From a virus, in IMG/VR virus record IMGVR_UViG_3300045988_089740: a stretch of 64,000 nucleotides of DNA; one strand, 5' to 3'. The notes beneath the pieces were generated by a model. The model made no database searches. It worked only from the letters and a program-made list of their open reading frames with translations, and had not been told where the DNA came from. The position numbers were made by a program, and so were the translations under genes. Shown piece by piece: positions 33,985-43,657 of the stretch; position 1 is the stretch's first letter; the number at the start of each line of letters is the position of its first letter.

Positions 33985-34224
33985 TTACAGATACTCACCA
34001 GATTCAGCATCGGTGATCTCGATTGGATTCTCAATGTCGTAGGATTCCAGATCGTTACTATCAAACAGCTTGTAAACCAGGACTACCTCTTTTCCATCCT
34101 CACGTGTTGCAATTCCTGAAAGTGTTTGTGTATCAGGATCGTGTGTGAGCTGATGAGCAATAGTATACTTGATGCCTTTGATAGCTACAGTTTCATTGAG
34201 TAAATCGTTAAGCTGATTATTCAT
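33985..34224 (-). CDS. hypothetical protein, 79 aa
   Basis: Minus-strand SD AAAGGAGG then ATG 34224; lone reverse gene in late region. Confidence 0.5.
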   Translation of the reverse strand: MNNQLNDLLNETVAIKGIKYTIAHQLTHDPDTQTLSGIATREDGKEVVLVYKLFDSNDLESYDIENPIEITDAESGEYL

Positions 34225-34411
34225 ATAAAAACCTCCTTTTATAATATAGCTTAAATTATACATCATAGATTACCAACACACAATAAAAAAGCCCCCAGAA
34301 TCTGAGGAAAAACTGGGTACTGGAAGATTTGAAATCTGGGGCTATGCCGTTCCCAAATTTCTATATAAAAATAACACAAAAAAAATAATCTTGTCAATGG
34401 AGGAAGAATAT

Positions 34412-34804
34412 ATGAGAGGTAGAACACGGCAAAAACAGCCTATATGGATTTCAACAATAACAGAAAAAAACAATGGAATCGACAAAGCTCTTGTCTACTC
34501 AAATCCACAAAAGAAGGACATTTCAGTGTCAGCAACAGCAGGTACACCGGAAGAATTATCCGCCGGAATTGTTCCCGACTATGACCGATATATCACGGTT
34601 TTTGACCGAACATTTCAGCCAAAAGAGTGTGATGTTCTGTGGATTGATACTGTGCCGGAAGTTGGGAAAGATGGAACATTAGTTCTCGATGAAGACAACA
34701 GTCCAACGGTTCTTCCTGATTACAGACTTAAAAGAATCCTTGATACTCAAAAAGGGCAAGTTGCCAGATATGGCATAGCAAAGATAGGCGGAAATAATGA
34801 GTAG
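34412..34804 (+). CDS. head closure / head-tail adaptor-like protein
   Basis: SD GGAGG then ATG 34412 (track start TTG 34391); size and position before tail genes. Confidence 0.45.
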   Translation: MRGRTRQKQPIWISTITEKNNGIDKALVYSNPQKKDISVSATAGTPEELSAGIVPDYDRYITVFDRTFQPKECDVLWIDTVPEVGKDGTLVLDEDNSPTVLPDYRLKRILDTQKGQVARYGIAKIGGNNE

Positions 34805-35309
34805 GAAAACGATCCAGTGTAGTTTGAACCACGATTCTTTGCAGTCAGCGATTCAACGGTTAGAAGCATACCAGAAAGATATTCAAAGGAAGAACCAGAT
34901 TTTCATTGACAAATTGGCTCAAGAGGGGATACAGGTTATTCAAACTACGATGGAATCTGTTCCGGCTGAGGAAAAAGGTTCTTACTACACGGAAGTTATC
35001 AATAACGGACACGGTGATATTGTTGGCGCAGCAATCCGATTGTCTGGCGATAAAGTCCTTTTTCTTGAATTTAGCGCAGGCATTACTTACGGGACAGACA
35101 GTTATCCATTGCCGTCCGGTACGGACTATGGAGTTGGAACTTATCCGGAGCAGAAACATGCTTACGACCCGAATGGATGGTGGTACGTAGATGAAAGCGG
35201 TCAGAAACACCATTCTTATGGAAACAGATCTTATATGCCGATGTATCACGCAGAAGAAGCTATTATTATGCAGTTACGACATATCGCAAAAGAAGTGTTT
35301 GGAAGATAG
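34797..35309 (+). CDS. HK97 gp10-like tail-component protein
   Basis: Overlapping start; size/position inference. Confidence 0.4.
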   Translation: MSRKTIQCSLNHDSLQSAIQRLEAYQKDIQRKNQIFIDKLAQEGIQVIQTTMESVPAEEKGSYYTEVINNGHGDIVGAAIRLSGDKVLFLEFSAGITYGTDSYPLPSGTDYGVGTYPEQKHAYDPNGWWYVDESGQKHHSYGNRSYMPMYHAEEAIIMQLRHIAKEVFGR

Positions 35310-35314
35310 AACGG

Positions 35315-35345
35315 AGCCCGGGATTTTCCGGGCTTCTATTTTTTT
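35315..35345 (+). terminator. intrinsic terminator
   Basis: AGCCCGG/CCGGGCT + UCUAUUUUUUU. Confidence 0.55.
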
Positions 35346-35399
35346 ACCTTAAAACTAGATAAAAATAATCTAGTTTATTATACGATTTGCCTATGCAAA

Positions 35400-35480
35400 A
35401 ATATGGAATCATATGGCTTGTTTTTTGTACAATTAAGATGCGAAGCATCTACCGGAAAGGTAGGTGCTTTTTTCATGCCA
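35400..35480 (+). promoter_or_regulatory. late-operon cassette copy 2
   Basis: AATATGGAATCATAT 35400-35414; TACAAT 35428-35433; hairpin GCATCTACC/GGTAGGTGC 35445-35467; U6; CATGCCAAAAAAA. Confidence 0.55.
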
Positions 35481-35524
35481 AAAAAATAAATCATAAAAGA
35501 TAATTGAACAGGCAAGGTGATTAA

Positions 35525-35932
35525 ATGCCGGAAATATTAAAAAACCCAATATCCGAGATATATGAACGTTGGAATAAAGCTATCGCGCCTGTAGTTGGCA
35601 AGGGGAATTTCTCTATGGACAGAAGCCAAACCCTTGCGTCTGGAAAGAAAACCTATGCAAGGCTCTACATGTTGGGAAACGTTCTGACAGAAGGAGACCT
35701 TGAAGGCGATGAATGCGCTACGGTTCCAACTATCCAGATTGAGTGCTTTGCCACAGGTACGGCTCCGCTTGCAAAAGTATATCAGATTGACGAAAAAAGT
35801 CATCAGTCCATGATCGATATGGGATTTCGTAGAACCTACGGCCCCGAACTCATGGGGAACGCTGATGACAGTATTAAACGGCTTGTTAGCCGATACACAA
35901 GAATTTATGCCGGGCAGTTGCTCGGCGAGTGA
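35525..35932 (+). CDS. tail completion / tail terminator-like protein
   Basis: 135 aa upstream of major tail gene; positional inference. Confidence 0.4.
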   Translation: MPEILKNPISEIYERWNKAIAPVVGKGNFSMDRSQTLASGKKTYARLYMLGNVLTEGDLEGDECATVPTIQIECFATGTAPLAKVYQIDEKSHQSMIDMGFRRTYGPELMGNADDSIKRLVSRYTRIYAGQLLGE

Positions 35933-35947
35933 AAGGGGTGAGATAGA

Positions 35948-36241
35948 ATGGATCAGATCATGAACTATGTGAAACCGGAACTTCTGGTTGTAGCTGTAGT
36001 CCTGTATTTTGTAGGCGTATTTCTCAAACAGGCTGAAACCGTAGCTGACAAATACATTCCTGGAATCCTTGGACTTCTGGGTGTGGTTATTTGTGGAATC
36101 TATGTTTTCGCTACATCTACAGTCACAGGCGGTCAGGAAGTTGCAATGGCAATCTTTACCGCAATCACACAAGGTATTCTTGTTGCAGGGCTGAGCACTT
36201 ATGTGAATCAGGTCATTAAACAAGTAAGCAAAGAAGAGTAG
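35948..36241 (+). CDS. holin-like membrane protein (phi-LC3/LL-H holin type)
   Basis: NYVKPELLVVAVVLYFVGVFLKQ..IPGILGLLGVVICGIYV..AIFTAITQGILVAGLSTYVNQ matches this holin family as I recall it. Confidence 0.55.
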   Translation: MDQIMNYVKPELLVVAVVLYFVGVFLKQAETVADKYIPGILGLLGVVICGIYVFATSTVTGGQEVAMAIFTAITQGILVAGLSTYVNQVIKQVSKEE

Positions 36242-36346
36242 AAGGAGGTGATCCTTTTATCTCCCGGGCACAGGGTTACGTGTCAGAGCCATTACGGCTC
36301 TTTTTTATTGCAATAATTTATAGCCGAAAGGCGGAAAGGAGCCAAT

Positions 36347-36835
36347 ATGGCATCAGGAAATATCGCAGGAATCAGTACCGTTGGTGCTCTTACCGGTTAT
36401 GCAGTAGAAACGGTGGCGGGAACAAAACCGACAAAATTTAAACAGCTTCACAGAATAAACGCTTCTGATGAAATTAATATCGACGTTGAGACTATCGATG
36501 CATCTGCTCTCGAAGACGAAATCGAGAGAACTATCGCAGGTCGTGGTTCAACCGGCGGTACGTTTAATGTAACCGTAAACGTTACAGATGAAACAATCAA
36601 AGAGTGGGAAGACCTTATCTCCGCTTACAAAACAGCTCACGCGAGCGGTCTGTCTATGTGGTATGAGGAATATTACCCTGCACTTCAGAAAGCATTCTTC
36701 ACCAAAATCGAGCCGCCGACTATCATTCCAAAACCGGCAAGAGACCAGAACGGTCTTCTTACTGTTGACATGTCCCTGACTATCAATGAGTATGTCGGCC
36801 CAGACACAGCAATCAAGCCAACTGAAGGCGAATAA
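36347..36835 (+). CDS. major tail protein
   Basis: 162 aa, upstream of chaperone pair and tape measure. Confidence 0.6.
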   Translation: MASGNIAGISTVGALTGYAVETVAGTKPTKFKQLHRINASDEINIDVETIDASALEDEIERTIAGRGSTGGTFNVTVNVTDETIKEWEDLISAYKTAHASGLSMWYEEYYPALQKAFFTKIEPPTIIPKPARDQNGLLTVDMSLTINEYVGPDTAIKPTEGE

Positions 36836-36868
36836 CAAATATATCTAAAACTGGGAGGAAAAGATATC

Positions 36869-37345
36869 ATGTATAAACTTTTAAAGATTGGTAGCAAAGA
36901 GTATAAACTGGAATACGGCATTGAAGCATCTTTGTATGATGATTGTGTCAAGAGTGTAATGAACACACTTCTGGCAACAAGCGGTGGTGTGGACAAAACG
37001 CCGGAAGAAATGATTTCCGGCATGGCAAATATTCCGAGCACAGCATTAACCGTGTTTTATGCAGGACTTCTTCAGTATCATGGCGACAACCCGGATGCAG
37101 ACGGTTCTGTTCCGACTCTTGCAACTGCGAAGAAACTTGCAGCACAATTTATTCAGGAACATAAGGACGATGAGCAGGGTAACTTTTACGGTATCTTTAC
37201 CATGTGTCTTGACCAGATGGAGGAAGACGGTTTTTTCAAACTGACCGGTCTGGAGACGTTCATGGGCGATCTGAACGTAGCAGCCAAACCGAAGAAAACT
37301 CCGAAGAAGCCGACAGATCACCAGAAAAAAGCTACAGCGAAATAA
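36869..37345 (+). CDS. tail assembly chaperone (gpG-like)
   Basis: Position before tape measure; basic C-terminus. Confidence 0.6.
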   Translation: MYKLLKIGSKEYKLEYGIEASLYDDCVKSVMNTLLATSGGVDKTPEEMISGMANIPSTALTVFYAGLLQYHGDNPDADGSVPTLATAKKLAAQFIQEHKDDEQGNFYGIFTMCLDQMEEDGFFKLTGLETFMGDLNVAAKPKKTPKKPTDHQKKATAK

Positions 37346-37743
37346 TCTGGACAGAGTTATATCCGGCGGCAGTTCGCATCGGAATGAGCCGGAAAGAATT
37401 TCTCAGAAGTACCATACGTGACCTTCAAGTAAGGATACGTGAGTACGAGAAAGGTAAACGTGATGAAATAGAAACTCAGGTAAAACTGATTGAATATCAG
37501 TCATGGCTTTCCGGCTTATATGTGAAATCTGCGGTATCAAGTGCACTTTCTGGCAAAGCAAAATATCCAGATAAACCAATCACAGAAAAAACAAAGAAAC
37601 CACAGCTTGAAGAAAAAACAGATGTTCCGAAACGGTCTGAAGCTGAATTGAAGCAGGAAGAACGTTACTACGAACTTCTGATAAAAAAGGCAAATGCGAA
37701 TATCGCTGAGATAGGAAGTGAAGAGGGCAGACAGGATGAATAA
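37329..37743 (+). CDS. -1 frameshift extension of tail chaperone (gpGT-like)
   Basis: A6 run CAG_AAA_AAA_GCT 37322-37333; -1 frame open from upstream of slip site through 37743; internal ATG 37384. Confidence 0.5.
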
Positions 37744-37791
37744 AAAGTCTTGTCTGCCCTTATTTTTTTTTGATTAAAAGGAGGTGTTTTT

Positions 37792-40700
37792 ATGGCTGAT
37801 AATACCATTGATACCCTTGATATACAAATAAATAGTAGTACCAGGAACGCTACAAAAGCATTGGGAAATCTGGCTAAAAAGTTAAAGGATGTTGACACAG
37901 CACTGGGAAACGTCAATACCGGCGGGCTTAGAAACTATGCTCGTGAAATCGGAAGAGTATCAGCGGCTTTACAGACATTAAGCAGGACAAATGTTAGTGT
38001 GCCTAATTTGTCTGGATTAACCGGACAACTTCGTAGTTTATCGAAAGTTAATTTTTCGGAATTGGAAACAAGTGCAAAAAGCTTTCAAGAATTAGCTGTA
38101 GGATTGGGCTCTTTGAAAAATGTTTCTAGTGTTTCTATACCTAAAATAGATGCTAAAAACATCAATTCTGTGATTAATGTTATAAATAAGTTTCAAACAA
38201 TTGATACTGCAAAAATTCAACCATCCATAAATGCTATTAAAGAAATATCAAGAAGCATGTCGTTGCTGGGTAATTTGAATTTCAAAGAAAATGGTCTGAT
38301 AAATGCGGCAAATGCATTAAGACGTTTATCACAATCAGACATTAAAAACTTTGATACAGACAAATTAATTTCCATATTCAGAAGTCTTCAGGCTTTTTCA
38401 ACGCTTCCAGATATTTCATCAGGCATAAACAGATTGGTTTCATCTCTTGCAAAATTAGTGGCCGCAGGAGATAAATCGAATCAAGCGGCTAAAGGATTAG
38501 AATTACTTGGAATAAAATTAAACGGAGTCATAAGAAATATTTCATACGCAGGCGAAGTCTCTGATTCCATTAATTCGTTGATACAAGCCCTTGCAAAATT
38601 GGCATCAGCAGGAAATAAAACAGGCCAGACGGCATCGCAGTTAGCAAATCTTGCAGTAGAATTAAAGAAGTTTTTTGCAGCTATGAAAAACGCACCACAA
38701 ATCAGTCAGAGCACTGTGCGCGTTATAGTTGCACTGGGACAGTTAGCGGCGGCTGGTGGTAAGGCTAGTGCATCAATGAATTCTGTATCCAGATCCCTTG
38801 AAGGACTTTCTATGATAAGTTCTAGTTTATCAAGCGCCATGAGCTCACTTGCTAATATGGCAAAATCGGGATTTGGTACTTTAACATCATCTATTTCAGG
38901 GCTGGTAAATAAGGGAAAAGAATTAAAAAGTACATCATTCAATATCAGCTCTTTGCTTAAAACCGTTCTTGGCTTCAAAGCGGCTTCGGCCGTGATGAGC
39001 AAATTCAGCGAAGCCATGGGTGGAAAAGGAATCCTTGAGATCGGTTCCGATATCGCTGAGGTCGAGAACGTTGTAGACGTTGCTTTTGGAAGCATGGCAG
39101 ATCAGGCATACAAGTTTGCGTCCACGGCGACGAAACAGTTCGGACTGTCGGAACTGGCAGCAAAGAACTATTCCGGAACCATGATGGCAATGCTGAATGC
39201 TTCTGGTGTAGCACAGGAATCCGCTGCGAAGATGTCAACAACTCTTGCAGGATTAGCCGGAGATTTGGCATCTTTTTATAACATTGATACTGATACCGCC
39301 TTCTACAAAATAAGGGCGGGCATTTCAGGTGAAATCGAGCCTTTAAAACAGCTCGGAATAAATCTTTCGATCGCAAATTTACAAGAGTATGCGTTGTCAC
39401 AAGGAATTACGACAGCCTATAATTCCATGACGCAGGCTCAAAAAACGATGCTGCGCTATAACTACATCATGTCAGTTACAAGTGCGCAGCAGGGGGACTT
39501 CGCCAGGACCGCCGGATCTTGGGCCAATCAAGTACGTCTCCTTACTTTGAACATCCAGTCCCTTGCATCCGCCATAGGGCAGGGCTTAATCGCAGCGGTT
39601 CTTCCGGGAATCAAAGCTCTTAATGCCCTGATGTCCAAACTTATGCAGGCAGCAGAAACATTCAGAAACTTTATGTATGTTTTAATGGGTAAAAAAATCA
39701 AAGGATCTACCAGCGGAGTTGTGAATGATCTTGCCGGACTTGATAACGCAGCAACAGATCTTAGCAATATGGAAAATGCCGGAGATGACGCAGCATCCGG
39801 ACTTGATAACGCCACTTCATCAGCAAAAGCATTAAAGAAAGCCCTTTCAGTACTTCCTTTTGATGAATTAAATCAGCTTACTGATAATTCGAGTAGTTCT
39901 GGATCAACGCCGAGTACCGGAACAAAGAAAACCAGTACCGGTGCAACACCTGACCTTGGGCTTGGTGGCATCACGGATCAGATTGATGATGCGCTGAACA
40001 AAGAAGAAACCCCTATCAATAAATGGGCTGAAAAAATCCGCAAAGCTTTTCTTAACCATGACTGGAAAGGACTTGGAAAGACCATTGCAGATATGCTTAA
40101 TATCGGAATCCGGAAGATTTATGATGTTATAAGTTGGAAAAATGTTGGCCCTAAAATCACGGCTTTCACAGACGCTTTTACAGAAACATTTAACAGTCTT
40201 GTTGATAATATTGACTGGAACCTGATGGGACGCACTTTGGGGGCTGGTCTTAACACCATCGTTAACACTATGAACCAGCTCCTTGATGGAATTGATTGGT
40301 ATAACTTAGGAGCCAAATTTGGAACCGGAATTACAGGACTTGTAAAAGAAGTAAATTGGACTAATCTTGGAAACCTTATTGGAAATTCATTTATGAAAGC
40401 CTGGGACATGTTCGCTGGCTTGGTAAATCATCTGCCCTATGCAGATATCGGAAAAGCATTTGCTGATTTATTAAATGGAGTTTTCGAAAAAATTAACTTC
40501 ACAAACATAGCACACGTATTAGCTACTGGTTTAAACGGTGCGTTTGATTCTCTTAAATCATTTACTGTAAATTTCAAATGGGATGATCTTGTCGATAACA
40601 TTACTGGCGGCATCACCACATTCATGCAGCAATTTAAGTGGAAAGAAAACGGTCAGAAGCTTGAGGAATTTATAGATAACCTTTTGACATCCCTTGTCGA

Positions 40701-42633
40701 CATTGCGAACGGTGTAGATTGGGAAGCTTTTGGACATAATATAGGTGTTTTCCTTAGCGAAATAGACTGGTCGAAACACTTGTCACAAATCACAACAGTT
40801 ATCAGCGAGGTTCTGGGCGGAATTTGGAATGGTCTTGGTACCACATCGGCAGGAACTTTTATTCAGGCTATAGCAACATTTGCCATTGGTATGAAATTAA
40901 TGCCATTTGTCGATGGAATCGTAAAATTTTTCACAGGTGATACTGTAATTGGTTTGCTGTATTCAGCTGTTCGGAACATGTTAGGCCCAGCATTGGCTTC
41001 AGCAGCATCTACTACGATTCCAGCGTTTGGCTCATCACTCGCAGCTCTTGTAGGAACCGGTGGCGGAATAGCTATTGCTGCCGCAGGAGCAGTAATTCTT
41101 ACCAAAAAACTTGTAGGGTTGTTTGAAACTATGCAAGGTGGAAATGGAATGTCTACTCAGTACGGCGGTTATCTGCATGACTATGCTGCAAAACTGAATG
41201 AATTAACCACAATCACAAATGATCAATCAGAAGCCCTGTGGAAAATGATTGAAAAAGATGAAGAGCTTGGTAAATCTCATGATGAAATGTATTCTGATAT
41301 GATTGAAAAGCTTAAAGAATACGGAGTTTCGACAGAACAAGCCAGAAGTGCTCTTGAACAATATGGTGCACAGGCTGGCGTTTCTGCTGAGTTTATCGAT
41401 AGTATGACAGATAAGATTCAGGCATTAGGAAACGGCTTTTCTGAAAGTACGGGCCAGATTGATATGTCTTCTCTTAGTGCAAAAGAAGCTATTAGCACGC
41501 TTTCTGACACTTTGTACCTTTTAAGCTTAAAAGGTGATGAATTTAGTGGTACATATATCGGCGTAAGAGATCAGTTACAGAACACCGGAGGAAGCGTGCA
41601 AAGTGCAAACGAAGCGTTAAAAATAGTATACAATGCATTACAAAATGCAGGAGTACCTCTCGATGATTTGAATAAAAAATTATCGAAAGATTTTCCAAAC
41701 GCTACCGGAGCTGTTACTACTGCGGTTAAAAATAATATTGTTGGTGCGCAACAAAAAATTTCCTCAACTATGATGACAGCAAGTGTTGATACAAAAAATG
41801 CAACAAATAAAATGGTAAGCACTACTACAAGCGATCTCGCTGAAATCCAGAAGCAAGCAGATGGCTATATGAAAGGTGTTGACACCAGCACGACAACTCA
41901 CTGGGGAAATTCTTCCCGTGAAGTAACCAAAAATGTCCGTCAGATGAAGATTGATGCAAGTACAGAGCTTGGCAGAATGGACGAAACCGTCCGCAGCCAC
42001 TTTGGAAGCCAGTACAGGATTGCCTTAAGTAAATGGCAAGATCTTGGAAGAGATATTTCTTCCTACATCCGCGGAACTATGAACACAAGTATTGGAAGTG
42101 GAATTAATACTGTAGTTGATACGATTAAAAGAAATTTCAGTGATATGTACAGTGTTGGCCAGAATGCTATGCAGAATCTCCGAAACGGCATGGAGTCAAT
42201 CAACATCAGAACTCCACATATTTCCATGGATTACACTGATTGGCAAGAGGGACGGACCCACAAGTGGCGGTACAATTCGAGAGTTGACTGGTATGCCAAA
42301 GGCGGTCTTTTCAATGCAGCATCCGTGATCGGTGTCGGTGAAGCCGGAAAGGAAGCAGTCCTTCCGCTGACCAACAAACAGGCCATGAAGAGCATTGCTG
42401 ACAGCATTACCGGAAACATGCCGGAAGGAAGCGTTGGACTGAGCAAGGAAGAAATGACACAGGCAGTGACACAGGGTGTTGCCATGGCAATGATGAACAT
42501 GAACACCGGCGGAAGCACATCTCCGCAGTACATTTCCAACACGATCAATCTGGACGGCCGGGCGTTTGCGAAAGCTATCACAAAAGCCCAGCAGGACAAC
42601 AACCGGCGTAAAAATCCGAGTCCGGCATGGTAG
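37792..42633 (+). CDS. tape measure protein
   Basis: 1613 aa, helical/Ala-Ser-rich with hydrophobic central segments, after chaperone pair. Confidence 0.9.
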   Translation: MADNTIDTLDIQINSSTRNATKALGNLAKKLKDVDTALGNVNTGGLRNYAREIGRVSAALQTLSRTNVSVPNLSGLTGQLRSLSKVNFSELETSAKSFQELAVGLGSLKNVSSVSIPKIDAKNINSVINVINKFQTIDTAKIQPSINAIKEISRSMSLLGNLNFKENGLINAANALRRLSQSDIKNFDTDKLISIFRSLQAFSTLPDISSGINRLVSSLAKLVAAGDKSNQAAKGLELLGIKLNGVIRNISYAGEVSDSINSLIQALAKLASAGNKTGQTASQLANLAVELKKFFAAMKNAPQISQSTVRVIVALGQLAAAGGKASASMNSVSRSLEGLSMISSSLSSAMSSLANMAKSGFGTLTSSISGLVNKGKELKSTSFNISSLLKTVLGFKAASAVMSKFSEAMGGKGILEIGSDIAEVENVVDVAFGSMADQAYKFASTATKQFGLSELAAKNYSGTMMAMLNASGVAQESAAKMSTTLAGLAGDLASFYNIDTDTAFYKIRAGISGEIEPLKQLGINLSIANLQEYALSQGITTAYNSMTQAQKTMLRYNYIMSVTSAQQGDFARTAGSWANQVRLLTLNIQSLASAIGQGLIAAVLPGIKALNALMSKLMQAAETFRNFMYVLMGKKIKGSTSGVVNDLAGLDNAATDLSNMENAGDDAASGLDNATSSAKALKKALSVLPFDELNQLTDNSSSSGSTPSTGTKKTSTGATPDLGLGGITDQIDDALNKEETPINKWAEKIRKAFLNHDWKGLGKTIADMLNIGIRKIYDVISWKNVGPKITAFTDAFTETFNSLVDNIDWNLMGRTLGAGLNTIVNTMNQLLDGIDWYNLGAKFGTGITGLVKEVNWTNLGNLIGNSFMKAWDMFAGLVNHLPYADIGKAFADLLNGVFEKINFTNIAHVLATGLNGAFDSLKSFTVNFKWDDLVDNITGGITTFMQQFKWKENGQKLEEFIDNLLTSLVDIANGVDWEAFGHNIGVFLSEIDWSKHLSQITTVISEVLGGIWNGLGTTSAGTFIQAIATFAIGMKLMPFVDGIVKFFTGDTVIGLLYSAVRNMLGPALASAASTTIPAFGSSLAALVGTGGGIAIAAAGAVILTKKLVGLFETMQGGNGMSTQYGGYLHDYAAKLNELTTITNDQSEALWKMIEKDEELGKSHDEMYSDMIEKLKEYGVSTEQARSALEQYGAQAGVSAEFIDSMTDKIQALGNGFSESTGQIDMSSLSAKEAISTLSDTLYLLSLKGDEFSGTYIGVRDQLQNTGGSVQSANEALKIVYNALQNAGVPLDDLNKKLSKDFPNATGAVTTAVKNNIVGAQQKISSTMMTASVDTKNATNKMVSTTTSDLAEIQKQADGYMKGVDTSTTTHWGNSSREVTKNVRQMKIDASTELGRMDETVRSHFGSQYRIALSKWQDLGRDISSYIRGTMNTSIGSGINTVVDTIKRNFSDMYSVGQNAMQNLRNGMESINIRTPHISMDYTDWQEGRTHKWRYNSRVDWYAKGGLFNAASVIGVGEAGKEAVLPLTNKQAMKSIADSITGNMPEGSVGLSKEEMTQAVTQGVAMAMMNMNTGGSTSPQYISNTINLDGRAFAKAITKAQQDNNRRKNPSPAW

Positions 42634-42640
42634 AAAATCA

Positions 42641-42809
42641 TTGCTATTCCTGCTAGATTGCGGTATAATGAATGAGTAACAAGTAGCACCTATATCTTGT
42701 TATATTGTGCGAAAAACAAAATATTGAGCAGACTTTTAAGATGATATTTACTTGGGTTGAAACAATGACCCGTTTCCCGTGATACCGTCTTGGAGTCTGC
42801 TCTTTTTTT
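42641..42809 (+). promoter_or_regulatory. promoter plus ~130-nt leader closed by terminator helix
   Basis: TTGCTA 42641-42646 /17/ TATAAT 42664-42669; GAGCAGACT 42726-42734 / AGTCTGCTC 42794-42802 + U7. Confidence 0.4.
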
Positions 42810-42833
42810 GTTTTATAGAAGGGAATGAAGCAA

Positions 42834-43043
42834 ATGAAGCCATATGGATTAGTTGACAGAAATATTATACTCAACAATAGTCTATCGTTGGAAGCAAAAG
42901 GAATATACGGCATATTGATGAGCCTTGATGGAACAGACTTTGAACTGGATGAAATCTGCGAATATGTTTCAGAGAGCAAATCAGTTGTCGAAAAAGCTTT
43001 AAACGAATTGGTAAATCATGGATTTATTTCATTCGAAAAATAA
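42834..43043 (+). CDS. small winged-helix DNA-binding protein
   Basis: LSLEAKGIYGILMSL..ELDEICEYVSESKSVVEKALNELVNHGFI; second ATG has better SD spacing. Confidence 0.45.
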   Translation: MKPYGLVDRNIILNNSLSLEAKGIYGILMSLDGTDFELDEICEYVSESKSVVEKALNELVNHGFISFEK

Positions 43044-43055
43044 TACGGTAAAACC

Positions 43056-43107
43056 AACAGGCTTACCCGACGGGGGACAAGCGGAAATGCCTTGCCGCCT
43101 GCCTGTT
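43056..43107 (+). repeat. hairpin repeat X1 flanking HNH gene
   Basis: AACAGGC/GCCTGTT stem; shares AGGCT...CCTGCCT frame and loop words with X2. Confidence 0.4.
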
Positions 43108-43158
43108 GATTTACATACATTTCAAGGCATCTTATATACGAAAGGCAGGTATTTTTCT

Positions 43159-43524
43159 ATGGCAAAATCTTTTAATTACCGTAAATATTACAAAGACTAT
43201 TATGGGATTGATTTCGACAGTAGCTATGTAATCCACCATATTGACTTTGACAGAAGCAACAATGATATTAATAATTTAATTTTATTACCTTCGAAGTTAC
43301 ATAGCCGATATCACTTTTTGTTAACTGGATTTAATCCTGATAAAAACAATAAAGGAATTGCAAGTCTTGATTTTAAAATCGTCTCAGAATGCGGGAGCAT
43401 CCCTATGTTTGGAATAAACATGATGAAAAATTTGTGTGAAACAATGGTAGAAATTGATAAATGGGTAAGAATAAAATCCGACATGGATAAAGAAAAATAC
43501 AATAAAGAAAAGTACGGTATTTAA
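43159..43524 (+). CDS. HNH endonuclease
   Basis: VIHHIDFDRSNNDINNLILLPSKLHSRYH = HNH motif; internal ATG 43159. Confidence 0.7.
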   Translation: MAKSFNYRKYYKDYYGIDFDSSYVIHHIDFDRSNNDINNLILLPSKLHSRYHFLLTGFNPDKNNKGIASLDFKIVSECGSIPMFGINMMKNLCETMVEIDKWVRIKSDMDKEKYNKEKYGI

Positions 43525-43538
43525 TATTTAGTTAAATT

Positions 43539-43597
43539 CAGTAGGCTAGGTTGGCCGCCGAAAAGTGTAAACCTTGATGCACCTGCCTACTGTTTTT
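43539..43597 (+). repeat. hairpin repeat X2 flanking HNH gene (terminator-like)
   Basis: CAGTAGGC/GCCTACTG stem + U5. Confidence 0.4.
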
Positions 43598-43657
43598 ATA
43601 AATCAAGGATTCTGGCATATTATGGAGATGCCAACGACCAACAAGGAGGTTATCATT

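Noticed and set aside
35537-36223. 228-aa minus-strand ORF
   Set aside because: It is antisense to the tail-completion and holin-like genes. It has no SD, and its Cys/His-rich composition is typical of antisense translation.
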